Positions 1-7,846 of a stretch of DNA of 62,939 bases are shown here, piece after piece; position 1 is the first letter of the stretch, and the number at the start of each line of letters is the position of its first letter. The DNA is from Chloroflexota bacterium (GTDB lineage: Bacteria > Chloroflexota > Dehalococcoidia > JACPPY01). The stretch lies in NCBI GenBank assembly GCA_016190755.1, contig JACPPY010000054.1, forward strand, positions 1 through 62,939. The letters run 5' to 3'. The position numbers and the translations under genes were made by a program. Under the pieces are notes generated by a model. That model ran no database searches. It worked only from the letters and a program-made list of their open reading frames with translations, and had not been told where the DNA came from.

Positions 1-295
1 ACTCCCTGGCAAAGTACGCGGCTGCTTTTTTTAGGATGTCCCGCTCCATCTTCACTTCCGCCAGTTCCTTCTTCGTTCGGGCCAACTCCATCTCAACTTC
101 CGTCAAAGGACGGTACATCTTGCCGATGTCTCCCAACTTGCCGGCTCTATGCGTCTTCAGCCAGTACCCCAGCGTTGATGGCGGCAGGGACAGCCGCCGC
201 CCAGCCTCAGGCAGCGACAGCTTCTCTTCTATTACCAGCTTCACCGCTTCCTCTCTGAACTCCCTGGTGTACCTTCCGTTCGGAATCCCTTTCAT
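1..295 (-). CDS. IS3-family transposase OrfA (HTH plus leucine-zipper part); C-terminus runs off the window
   Basis: Manual reverse translation from the ATG at 295-293 gives MKGIPNGRYTREFREEAVKLVIEEKLSLPEAGRRLSLPPSTLGYWLKTHRAGKLGDIGKMYRPLTEVEMELARTKKELAEVKMERDILKKAAAYFARE. This is the typical IS3/IS911 OrfA pattern. It is absent from the ORF track because there is no stop inside the window. The + ORF 36..398 is its antisense shadow. Confidence 0.8.
   Translation of the reverse strand, partial: MKGIPNGRYTREFREEAVKLVIEEKLSLPEAGRRLSLPPSTLGYWLKTHRAGKLGDIGKMYRPLTEVEMELARTKKELAEVKMERDILKKAAAYFARE
26..32 (-). other. A7 slippery run, candidate programmed -1 frameshift site at the IS3 orfA/orfB junction
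   Basis: The minus strand reads GAC ATC CTA AAA AAA GCA GCC (DILKKAA). IS3-family elements shift frame on A-AAA-AAG-type heptamers at this position in OrfA. Confidence 0.5.
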
Positions 296-573
296 ACTGA
301 CACCTCCATCGCCGTATCTTATTCGACTTTGGTGTCCGTTTTATCCATCCTACCTCACAACTTGTTGCCTTTTCCGATGCCGCTGTTCAATTGTCTGAAT
401 ACAAACAAGCTGTCGAGAAAGCAGGTTTCACTGAAGTGACTGAGGAACAAGGTCACTTTAGCGGCCAGACTCGCGAGGTACCAAACAGAAAATGGTATAC
501 GCATCAAAGCGAGCACAACGACGCGAGTCGCGAGGTGATGCTCGTCTACCGCCTGTCACCCGATAACGTGACT

Positions 574-2877
574 TCAGTTGGCTGCGTGGACCGCAACTCC
601 CAGGTCGTCTTCAGATAGAGACCCTAGGGACTCTACGAGAGGCAACAAGACAGGCGATAATGCCGCCGTAGTTTGAAGTATCCTGTCGTAGATTGTCATT
701 TCCCCGTTGCCGCTATCCTCGCCAGAGCTACCGGAAACAGATGCGTCTTTTTGTCGTTGGGTATCATCTCGGAGCATGGCAAGTCCAATCAGTACAAGAC
801 CGTATTGCCACCGAGCCTTAACGATTTCAGGAGAATACTTCGTCGACTTCAACTCTGTCTTAAGGTAAATGTTGTCCATGTTCACGTAATACGTGTAGGT
901 GTCTGTGTCGTCATCGTCTTCGGCAGGGTCGCTTACCACCTTAAGAGCTGAGTACTTGTCGAATTTATTGGAAGTGTTCCACCCATCTTGAAACACCAGG
1001 ACAGGGTCGGGCAACGCCAATCCCTGAGGAACTTCGGCGTCGGTCCCTTTTTGGTCCGGTTTCGGTGGCCTGCGGTGAACGGTTTTGCCGCCCCTGGGCT
1101 CTTGCGGATTCCCGATCTTCACGCTGAAGTTGTTGACAAAGGGCTCCACGAGGACAGGGTCAGATACCAGCGCTTGGTATTTGACAATAGCTCCGATAGG
1201 GATACCCGCGGGTTGTTTCACATTCAATGTGGCAGTTCCATTTTCTAGATTGAGCGTATAGTCAATAGGGCTGCCTTTCAACATATCCGGTGAAATTAAT
1301 GACAGGGAAAACGTCCCGGGGTACTGCTTGCGACCGAAGTAGTCATTGGCAACATCAGTCTCAAACAAGACCCTGCTTCGCATGTTGATTGGAGTCTCTC
1401 TGTGAAGTTCCTCGCCGTAGTCCAACTTTCTGAATTTGAACTGCGTTGGATGAGTCTTGCCGACAAAAGGTTTGTCGGCAGATTGGACATCTTTCGATTT
1501 GAACGGGTTCGATATTGGGCCCAAACCGGCGAGCATGGCTGCAAACGACGGGGACTTCTTCAAGATCGACTCGAGAACATCTTTGAGAGGCCTAGAGTCT
1601 TGGAGTCTGGCTTCAATGTCCTCCCGTCGGCGTTGTTCACGGAGCGCGCGCAGGCCTTGTTGACTCCTGATGATTGACTCTAGTTCTTGCTCAATGGCAT
1701 CGCGAAACTCTCCATTTCTCAAACGGTCCCTGCTATTCATGAAAAGGTCCCCGCGTGCTCCCGGAGAGAACTTCGAGCAATCCACTATGACAAGAATTGA
1801 GTCTTCGAGACGGTTCATATCCACTGGCTTCCTGCTGAAGAAGTTGGATGTCAGGTGTCCGTGGGTTTGACCGTCAACAACGAAAATGATTCCCTCCTTC
1901 TTCCTGTATGTCTCAGCCTTGCCCCGTTTGAAGGCATATATTTTCGCAGTCATCTGTTGGCCAGAAACAGAAAATGAGCTGGTAGTTGGGAATCCTTCCT
2001 CAAGATTGCCTGCCTTACCATCGTCTAAGCGAACACCCAGCCCAGTCAGAGGGGTGTCAAAACTTCCGCCGTGACCTCTGTAATTGGCTCTGCACTCATG
2101 AAGTCGGATTGGCAACGCGATTTCTGGAAGGAGAATATCCAAGCGGCGCAGCAGGCCGTCCCCCATGAGAATGTGGCTCCTGAAGCCGGTCGCCTCATAT
2201 TCATACAGTTTGATCGTCGTGCCCCAATCAACACGGCGTGCATAGGCGTCGTTAGAATCCGGGAAAAGGGGCATCGTTTTGGCGTTGAAACGCAATACAC
2301 CACCCTTTCGGGGAGTATTATGCGCATTCATGGGCGCAAGATAAGTGTATATGGGCATTCGCCAAGAACCTGGCAAATCCTCACGTCTGACTATAGTGAA
2401 ACCCCACTCGCCCAGGAAGCTGTCATTTGGAACAGACGACGTTATTCCGGGCTTACGTCGACTGATAACCAATTGCATCTTATGACGTCCACAAAAGGGA
2501 AGGGCACCGGTGCCACCCATATTGAATTTGCCCTGAACAAAATGGACGTTCACTTTGTTCTTTTTATCTAGGGACAGAAGGGTTTCAGGCATTGACTCGG
2601 GAGACTGCCCCTCTCCCGAGTCTGATATCGTGAAGCAAGGGTCTTGAAGCGTTCCAGTTGATGCCAGTGTTATGAGGTTAGACAACTTACGCCTCTTCTC
2701 GTCTCCCCAATAAGACACGTGACCTAGAGTTTCCGCTTTGGTTTGATCTCCCCAGAAATACAGAGCTACTGCTTCAGGGATGCTGTGCGGAGCCGTTGGA
2801 CTATCTGGCTTCATGCCTCTCGACCAACACTCTCCCATCAATACAGCATCGACAGAGTTCACAAGCTTTTCTACCAA
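574..2877 (-). CDS. GHKL-superfamily (MORC/Hsp90/MutL-like) ATPase with a roughly 500-aa uncharacterised C-terminal region
   Basis: 767-aa ORF. N-box EKLVNSVDA at residues 3-11, G1 box ISDSGEGQS, G2 box GKFNMGGTG. TTG start. The in-frame upstream stretch (...SAPDAALVEKLVNSVDA) continues the N-box helix but has no ATG/GTG/TTG before the stop at 2935-2937. Confidence 0.75.
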   Translation of the reverse strand: MVEKLVNSVDAVLMGECWSRGMKPDSPTAPHSIPEAVALYFWGDQTKAETLGHVSYWGDEKRRKLSNLITLASTGTLQDPCFTISDSGEGQSPESMPETLLSLDKKNKVNVHFVQGKFNMGGTGALPFCGRHKMQLVISRRKPGITSSVPNDSFLGEWGFTIVRREDLPGSWRMPIYTYLAPMNAHNTPRKGGVLRFNAKTMPLFPDSNDAYARRVDWGTTIKLYEYEATGFRSHILMGDGLLRRLDILLPEIALPIRLHECRANYRGHGGSFDTPLTGLGVRLDDGKAGNLEEGFPTTSSFSVSGQQMTAKIYAFKRGKAETYRKKEGIIFVVDGQTHGHLTSNFFSRKPVDMNRLEDSILVIVDCSKFSPGARGDLFMNSRDRLRNGEFRDAIEQELESIIRSQQGLRALREQRRREDIEARLQDSRPLKDVLESILKKSPSFAAMLAGLGPISNPFKSKDVQSADKPFVGKTHPTQFKFRKLDYGEELHRETPINMRSRVLFETDVANDYFGRKQYPGTFSLSLISPDMLKGSPIDYTLNLENGTATLNVKQPAGIPIGAIVKYQALVSDPVLVEPFVNNFSVKIGNPQEPRGGKTVHRRPPKPDQKGTDAEVPQGLALPDPVLVFQDGWNTSNKFDKYSALKVVSDPAEDDDDTDTYTYYVNMDNIYLKTELKSTKYSPEIVKARWQYGLVLIGLAMLRDDTQRQKDASVSGSSGEDSGNGEMTIYDRILQTTAALSPVLLPLVESLGSLSEDDLGVAVHAAN

Positions 2878-2985
2878 AGCGGCATCAGGAGCACTCTGTT
2901 GATTGCCTATCTGAGGTAGGATGTGGCATAGCGTCTACGATAGTGTTATGATCGGCGTGGTTGGTACACATCGGAGGGATGACAT

Positions 2986-3288
2986 ATGAGCAAGGGGCGC
3001 AACACTACGCTATTCCATGTCCGTCTGCCAGACGATCTGAACAACTGGATAGAAGGTCAGGCAGCCCTTCAAGGCATGACAAAGTCAGACTGGATGCGAG
3101 AATTTCTACGCAGTCATGCCCAGGCTGCGGGGAATCCGCCTGTGACGACAGGGAATCAGGGAGCAGGAAAGCCTCTGAATTCTCCCGGAACTGCGAAAGT
3201 TGGCCCTAACCAGCCGTGCCCATGTGGTGCAAAGTACCCCGACGGGAACCGCAAAAAGTACAAGCATTGTTGCGGGAAAAGGGTTTGA
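2986..3288 (+). CDS. Ribbon-helix-helix (Arc/CopG-like) DNA-binding protein fused to a C-terminal SEC-C metal-binding motif
   Basis: The N-terminus TLFHVRLPDDLNNWIEGQAALQGMTKSDWMREFLRSH has the beta-alpha-alpha RHH pattern. The C-terminus PCPCGAKYPDGNRKKYKHCCGK matches the SEC-C motif seen at the SecA C-terminus in this same window ([15 protein letters not shown]). Confidence 0.75.
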   Translation: MSKGRNTTLFHVRLPDDLNNWIEGQAALQGMTKSDWMREFLRSHAQAAGNPPVTTGNQGAGKPLNSPGTAKVGPNQPCPCGAKYPDGNRKKYKHCCGKRV

Positions 3289-3354
3289 AGGTGAAGAGTT
3301 AGGCCGAATGCTCCAGGAATGCGAACAGAATTTAGTCACCACTCAACAAACATT

Positions 3355-3409
3355 GGGATGTCTGTCCAGCCACGCGTACAAGTGGATGGTGCCGTTTGAG
3401 TTTGTGGTC
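3355..3409 (+). repeat. 55-nt direct repeat, copy A
   Basis: GGGATGTCTGTCCAGCCACGCGTACAAGTGGATGGTGCCGTTTGAGTTTGTGGTC. Matches copy B at 45 of 55 positions (manual alignment, no gaps). Confidence 0.85.
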
Positions 3410-3499
3410 GGGCAGCAACAGGTCTTATGACCGTGAGAGCATTTGCCCTTTGGGCAAACGCAGTCATGTGGGAGTTGGTTGTGAGGATTCGTGAGGCAA

Positions 3500-4030
3500 T
3501 TATCCGATTGAATCCTGTTGCCGTGCTAACTCGATAAAAGTTCGGGCTCTTTTGTGTTCCCAAATGGTGGGCACGACTCTCCATCTTTGTGAGTCATCGG
3601 CCGGTATCGAAGGGTGTTCTATTTGGTAGTAACCAATGCCTGGCACAAGGGAAAAGTAGATGATGCCGAGGCCGCCAAACAAAGCATAATATCGGGCAAG
3701 GGCCAATCCGCCCAGCACAACACCGGCCCTGATCGCCATTGAGAGAAGATTCTTGCGTGAGTAGCAGAATTTGATATCGTGGTAAGACAAGCGTTCAATC
3801 TTTGGTGGGCCGAAGCCTTCAGGCCGGTACCTGATAATACTGTGGTCAGTGAGCACTATGAAGTGGATTCCGTTGATTAATGGTTCTATAAACGGTATCC
3901 CTGTGCCAGACTCAATTAGTGCGATAATCTTCTCGTCCTTTGGCAGACGTTTGGCAAGCGATTGGCGTGCCAGACGACAAACACGGCTGTCCTTCATGGA
4001 AGCGAGTTTAGCACAAACTATTAACGCCAT
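3500..4030 (-). CDS. Membrane protein with an N-terminal bacterial PH-like domain and two C-terminal TM helices
   Basis: 176-aa ORF. FIVLTDHSIIRYRPEGFGPPKIERLSYHDIKF resembles bPH/YdbT-type domains. It is followed by the hydrophobic stretches AIRAGVVLGGLALARYYALFGGLGIIYFSLV. Confidence 0.6.
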   Translation of the reverse strand: MALIVCAKLASMKDSRVCRLARQSLAKRLPKDEKIIALIESGTGIPFIEPLINGIHFIVLTDHSIIRYRPEGFGPPKIERLSYHDIKFCYSRKNLLSMAIRAGVVLGGLALARYYALFGGLGIIYFSLVPGIGYYQIEHPSIPADDSQRWRVVPTIWEHKRARTFIELARQQDSIG

Positions 4031-4039
4031 GCCCTCATC

Positions 4040-4094
4040 GGGATGTTTGTCCGGTCACGCGTACGGAAGGATGGTGCCGTTTGCAGTTGTGGTC
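4040..4094 (+). repeat. 55-nt direct repeat, copy B
   Basis: GGGATGTTTGTCCGGTCACGCGTACGGAAGGATGGTGCCGTTTGCAGTTGTGGTC. Same orientation as copy A. The two copies bracket the 3500..4030 gene. Confidence 0.85.
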
Positions 4095-4246
4095 AGATGA
4101 CGATCGCAGATTGGCAGAGGTGAAGATGGCTCTTGAGAGCTTCAGAAAGCAACCGTTGGATATTGCGAAGTTTTTCGCACTGGGTTGTCCAGGAAGGGAG
4201 AACTACTCAATAGCCAATTGATTCAACAATTGATAGCAGCGTGTTG

Positions 4247-4459
4247 TCAGGCATACATAAGTCTGCCCTTGGGCCGCGGAATTGACCGACCTAACTCCCG
4301 AGCCGTTTCGATCCACTCGTGGATAATGGCCTCAGCATTCGCGAGGGCCTCTTGGTAGGTCTTACCATCTGCCATGCATCCAGGCAACTCAGGTACCTCT
4401 GCGATGAACGCCTCGTCTGCTTCGCTCCAGTAAATTATTATCTCGTATCTACTGCTCAT
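4247..4459 (-). CDS. hicB: HicB-family antitoxin
   Basis: 70 aa. YEIIIYWSEADEAFIAEVPELPGCMADGKTYQEALANAEAIIHEWIE is the classic HicB N-terminal domain. It overlaps the upstream hicA by 11 nt. Confidence 0.85.
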   Translation of the reverse strand: MSSRYEIIIYWSEADEAFIAEVPELPGCMADGKTYQEALANAEAIIHEWIETARELGRSIPRPKGRLMYA

Positions 4460-4715
4460 CGCTCGTCTCCAACATAATCTTGTAGTGAAGCAGGACGTTG
4501 CGGACTTGCTTCACCTGATAAGGTTTTGCTTTTGAACCTCTCGGCTGAAGATTCAGTATCTCCTCGACACCGTTTCTTGTGAAAATGTGGTGGTCGCCCC
4601 GGATGCGTTCTTCGAAGCCGAGTTTCCTCAGCAAGCTGCACATTGCGGAAAAGGAGATATCTGCGTCTGATGCTCCTCTCAGTATTCTTGCCAGTAGTCT
4701 CTCGTGGGCTCCCAT
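4449..4715 (-). CDS. hicA: HicA-family mRNA interferase toxin
   Basis: The C-terminal 88 aa of ORF 4449..4931 (MGAHERLLARILRG...LLRKLGFEERIRGDHHIFTRNG...PRGSKAKPYQVKQVRNVL) match HicA/YcfA. I chose the internal ATG at 4715 because HicA proteins are about 60-90 aa and the extra 72 N-terminal residues look non-protein-like. Confidence 0.8.
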   Translation of the reverse strand: MGAHERLLARILRGASDADISFSAMCSLLRKLGFEERIRGDHHIFTRNGVEEILNLQPRGSKAKPYQVKQVRNVLLHYKIMLETSDEQ

Positions 4716-4982
4716 TGTGCTCTTATTCTGAAGGATAGCCGCTAGCGTGTCAATTGAATCTGTCGTGGATGCCAAGTGATACCTGGTGGAGACATGCGAT
4801 TTCTCGCCTGCTGTTATCGGAATGAAGGCGCAGAAGGACACGTTGGCGTCCGAACATCGCAGGGTATCAACACTTAATGTGAAGAGGGTCTTCCTGCAAT
4901 CACTGATGGCCCGGCTTCTGATACCCTCCAAGATGGGGACGCCATCACTGTATTAGCAGTCCATCATTGTGGGGCCTTGGGG

Positions 4983-5804
4983 TTACTCCTGCCGGCTGAA
5001 AGACCAGGCAGCGAGGGAAAGCATTACGGCACCGAAGACGACCACGATCAGCACATCCTCAAGAATGGTCATGGTATGCCCCAGCACAGTGACGCCGATG
5101 ATGCCTTTCCCCTGGCCGGCAGCTGCGCTCATGGCGGCTATCTCCTTGCCGAGGAAAAGCTGGCGGATGGTGTCCACACCATAGGTGAGAGGGTTGAGCT
5201 TGGATATAACTTCTAGCCATGCCGGGACGCTGTTGACCGGGAAGAATACCCCCGAGAGGAAGATCAGGGGAAAGATGATTATCTGCACGATGATCTGGAA
5301 TCCCTGCTGAGACCTCATGCGAGAGGCTACCAGGACTCCGAGCCCGGAGAGGGAAACGGATATCACTATCAGCACGGGCACAAGCTGCGCCACCAGGAGC
5401 GGGGTCAGCGACACTCCCAGGAACGGCGCGAGTATAAGCATGACGATTCCCTGGCCCACGGCCACAGCCGCACCGCCGGCAGCCTTGCCCAGCACGATAC
5501 CGCTTCTGCCGATAGGTGCCACCAGTATCTCCTTGAGGAAGCCGAACTCACGGTCCCAAACCACGGAGAGGCCCGACATGACGGAGTTCATGAGCACAGT
5601 CATGGCGATGATTCCGGGGTACATGAACTGGATGAAGTCCACGCCCGGAGTCAATGCCCCGATTATCCGGTTGAACCCGGCTCCGAAAATGACCAGGAAC
5701 AGCAATGGCATGGCGAAGGAAGAGAGCATACGGGATCGCTCCTGGATGAATCTGAGCAACTCCCGGTAGGAGATAACCCACATTCCACGAAGTACGTCTT
5801 CCAT
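4983..5804 (-). CDS. ABC-2 type transporter permease
   Basis: 273 aa with six hydrophobic segments. Immediately downstream of the ATPase gene (4-nt gap). Confidence 0.9.
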   Translation of the reverse strand: MEDVLRGMWVISYRELLRFIQERSRMLSSFAMPLLFLVIFGAGFNRIIGALTPGVDFIQFMYPGIIAMTVLMNSVMSGLSVVWDREFGFLKEILVAPIGRSGIVLGKAAGGAAVAVGQGIVMLILAPFLGVSLTPLLVAQLVPVLIVISVSLSGLGVLVASRMRSQQGFQIIVQIIIFPLIFLSGVFFPVNSVPAWLEVISKLNPLTYGVDTIRQLFLGKEIAAMSAAAGQGKGIIGVTVLGHTMTILEDVLIVVVFGAVMLSLAAWSFSRQE

Positions 5805-5807
5805 AGT

Positions 5808-6791
5808 CTACCTCCCATGCCTCATTCTCATGGCCTGCATCATAGTTTTCATCTGCTCCTTGAAACCGCCTTCCTCCTCGCGTATCGCACGTCCGGTGAG
5901 CTTCAGGAAGACGTCGTCCAGAGTCGGCCGGTGCACGCCCAGCGAAAGCAGAGGACTCTGGAAGCTCCCAACTAGCCTGGGCAGGAACTTCTCACCTTGT
6001 GGAACGCTGAGAGTAATCATGCCGTTCTGGATGGAGGGTGAGAGTCCGAACTTCTCCTTCAACTCGGCTGCCGCGGCCTCGTTGTTCTGGGCTTTTAGCG
6101 TTATCACATCCCCGCCCAGGGCGTCCTTGAGCCGGTCTGGCGTGTCGAGGGCAATTATGTGCCCGCGGTCGATTATGCCTATGCGGTCACAGTTCTCCGC
6201 TTCGTCCATATAATGCGTGGTCAGGAAGATGGTCAGGTTGCTCTGCTTGCGGAGGGCCCGTATGTAGTCCCATATGGTGTGCCGCGTTTGAGGATCCAGC
6301 CCCAGCGTGGGCTCGTCGAGGAACAGCACACGCGGGCTGTGCAGCAGGCCGCGGGCGATCTCCAGCCGCCTCTTCATGCCGCCGGAAAAGGTGCGCACTG
6401 CGCTCTTACGCCTGTCGGACAATTGGACCAACTCCAGGAGTTCGTCAATTCGCTTGCCCCTGACATCTTTGGGTATCTTGTAGGCGTAGGCGTGGAACCG
6501 CAGGTTCTGCTCGGCTGTCAGGTACTCATCGAGCGTGGGCTCTTGGAACACAAGGCCGATGGAACGCCGCACATCGCTCCGCTGTTTCGCTATGTCGAAG
6601 CCGTTAACCATAGCTTTGCCGCCGGTCGGCGAAAGGAGGGTGCAGAGCATGTTTATAGTGGTGGTCTTGCCTGCGCCATTTGGGCCGAGGAAGCCGTAAA
6701 TCTCGCCCTCAGCTACGTTAAAAGAGACCTTGTCTACGGCGACAAGTTGACCATACTTTCTGGACAATTCATCGACTTCTATTATGTTCAT
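5808..6791 (-). CDS. ABC transporter ATP-binding protein (DrrA/ABC-2 exporter type)
   Basis: Walker A GPNGAGKTT, signature FSGGMKRRL, Walker B VLFLDEPTLGLD. Overlaps marR by 4 nt. Confidence 0.95.
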   Translation of the reverse strand: MNIIEVDELSRKYGQLVAVDKVSFNVAEGEIYGFLGPNGAGKTTTINMLCTLLSPTGGKAMVNGFDIAKQRSDVRRSIGLVFQEPTLDEYLTAEQNLRFHAYAYKIPKDVRGKRIDELLELVQLSDRRKSAVRTFSGGMKRRLEIARGLLHSPRVLFLDEPTLGLDPQTRHTIWDYIRALRKQSNLTIFLTTHYMDEAENCDRIGIIDRGHIIALDTPDRLKDALGGDVITLKAQNNEAAAAELKEKFGLSPSIQNGMITLSVPQGEKFLPRLVGSFQSPLLSLGVHRPTLDDVFLKLTGRAIREEEGGFKEQMKTMMQAMRMRHGR

Positions 6792-7243
6792 GGCTGATCT
6801 TCTCCTGGTCCGGCCTCGGCCGCCCTGGCCAGCGCGTCAAGGCCTTTGTTTAGGGCCCTCAGCTCTTCTAACGTTAGCCTGGCCAGTACATGGCGCATGT
6901 GGGCTATCTTGGTTTCCCTGAGCTTAGATAGCAAAGTACGCCCTTGTTCGGTAGTCTGGAGCAGTATCATGCGGCGGTCCTTTGGGTTCTCCCGGCGGTC
7001 CACCAGCCCTTGCTCAACGAGCCGGTCGACGATCCGCGTAATGTCTGGCGGCGTCACATTCAGGGATGCCGCCAGCGTCCTGACGTTCGTGTTGCCGCTG
7101 AGGTCGATCAAGGATAGGCTCTTCAACTGCACGATGGTCAGGCCCAGGTCCATCCAGGCGTCGGGCGCGGACCGCGCTATAGCGCGTCCTAACAGCTGCT
7201 CAAGCTCGATGGTCTCCTGTGTTAGCTTCGCCCTGTCTGTCAT
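6788..7243 (-). CDS. MarR-family transcriptional regulator
   Basis: 151 aa. Winged-HTH pattern LTIVQLKSLSLI...TLAASLNVTPPDITRIVDRLVEQGLVDRRENPKDRRMILLQTTEQG. First gene of the marR-ABC operon. Confidence 0.9.
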   Translation of the reverse strand: MTDRAKLTQETIELEQLLGRAIARSAPDAWMDLGLTIVQLKSLSLIDLSGNTNVRTLAASLNVTPPDITRIVDRLVEQGLVDRRENPKDRRMILLQTTEQGRTLLSKLRETKIAHMRHVLARLTLEELRALNKGLDALARAAEAGPGEDQP

Positions 7244-7274
7244 ACTAACTTTGCAGCCTTGTGTGGTTTAATAA

Positions 7275-7291
7275 CGGTTAATAATTAACCG
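7275..7291. promoter_or_regulatory. Perfect 8-1-8 palindrome, candidate MarR operator
   Basis: CGGTTAATAATTAACCG, 32 nt upstream of the marR start codon. Confidence 0.5.
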
Positions 7292-7375
7292 AATAGACAT
7301 ATATTACAACATGTTATCTATATAATTGCAACCGATGGTTGTGAGAATGCCGGCAGGACAGGAGGTTGACCGTTG

Positions 7376-7714
7376 CTATTGTCGCGGGGCTTCTGAGTCT
7401 ACGCTGTGCGACATCATGGATAGCGCCTTGACCACATCGGCCACCAGGAACGAGCTGAGCTGGACCTGCTTGTTTCTGGATAGGACATGTCTTATCCTGC
7501 CTCCGGCGTACTGGCCTGCGGTGAAGAAGGCGATGGACGCAGGTAACAGGACCAGGCCGAAGCCCAGGAACCAGGCTTTGAGCCCGATGGCTATCAGGAC
7601 TGGGATATGGACGGCCATTATCCAATGGCGGGAGAACCTTCTGGTGTTCGACCTCCAGTATCCGAAGAGGATGTTTATCACGAATATGGTGAGCAGGCCA
7701 AGGGCAGTGATCAT
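7376..7714 (-). CDS. Small integral membrane protein (three predicted TM helices), function unknown
   Basis: 112-aa ORF with hydrophobic segments LGLLTIFVINILFGYW, IMAVHIPVLIAIGLKAWFLGFGLVLLPASIAFF. Confidence 0.55.
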   Translation of the reverse strand: MITALGLLTIFVINILFGYWRSNTRRFSRHWIMAVHIPVLIAIGLKAWFLGFGLVLLPASIAFFTAGQYAGGRIRHVLSRNKQVQLSSFLVADVVKALSMMSHSVDSEAPRQ

Positions 7715-7846
7715 GTTGTTGTCAAAATGTTGTCGAACATTGTAGCCTGGTTATTTCCTTGTGTAAAGGAAAATTAACTGGGAGGAACCCTGTGCGGCAG
7801 CCTATTACACGGCAGGGCAGATCACGGCTATCTGCGTGTATTCAAC

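Larger units (their letters stand above)
1..389 (-). mobile_element. Left end of an IS3-family insertion sequence (partial; the rest lies outside the window)
   Basis: Consists of orfA plus about 95 nt of upstream non-coding DNA. Read on the minus strand from 389, the sequence starts TGAACAGCGGC, a TG-initiated terminus as in IS3 inverted repeats. The boundary cannot be verified without the other end. Confidence 0.4.

Noticed and set aside
36-398. 120-aa + strand ORF at the left edge.
   Set aside because: It is the antisense shadow of the IS3 OrfA reading frame, which translates into a clean HTH/leucine-zipper transposase sequence on the minus strand.
391-618. 75-aa + ORF (…KQAVEKAGFTEVTEEQ…VMLVYRLSPDNVT…) between the IS3 end and the GHKL gene. 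It could be the C-terminal remnant of a methyltransferase-like gene cut by the IS.
   Set aside because: It is too short and has no diagnostic motif. It overlaps the convergent GHKL gene by 45 nt. It is mentioned only as a possibility within the islet finding.
3340-4100. Integron gene-cassette/attC interpretation of the 55-nt repeats.
   Set aside because: Copy A is flanked by ACTCAAC ... GTTTGAGT, which loosely fits the RYYYAAC/GTTRRRY cores. Copy B has no such cores, there is no intI-like integrase, and there are only two copies.
4716-4931. N-terminal 72-aa extension of the hicA ORF (track ORF 4449..4931).
   Set aside because: HicA toxins are small. The extension has no homology-like features, and the internal ATG at 4715 yields a canonical-length HicA. 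The extension is more likely promoter or leader DNA.
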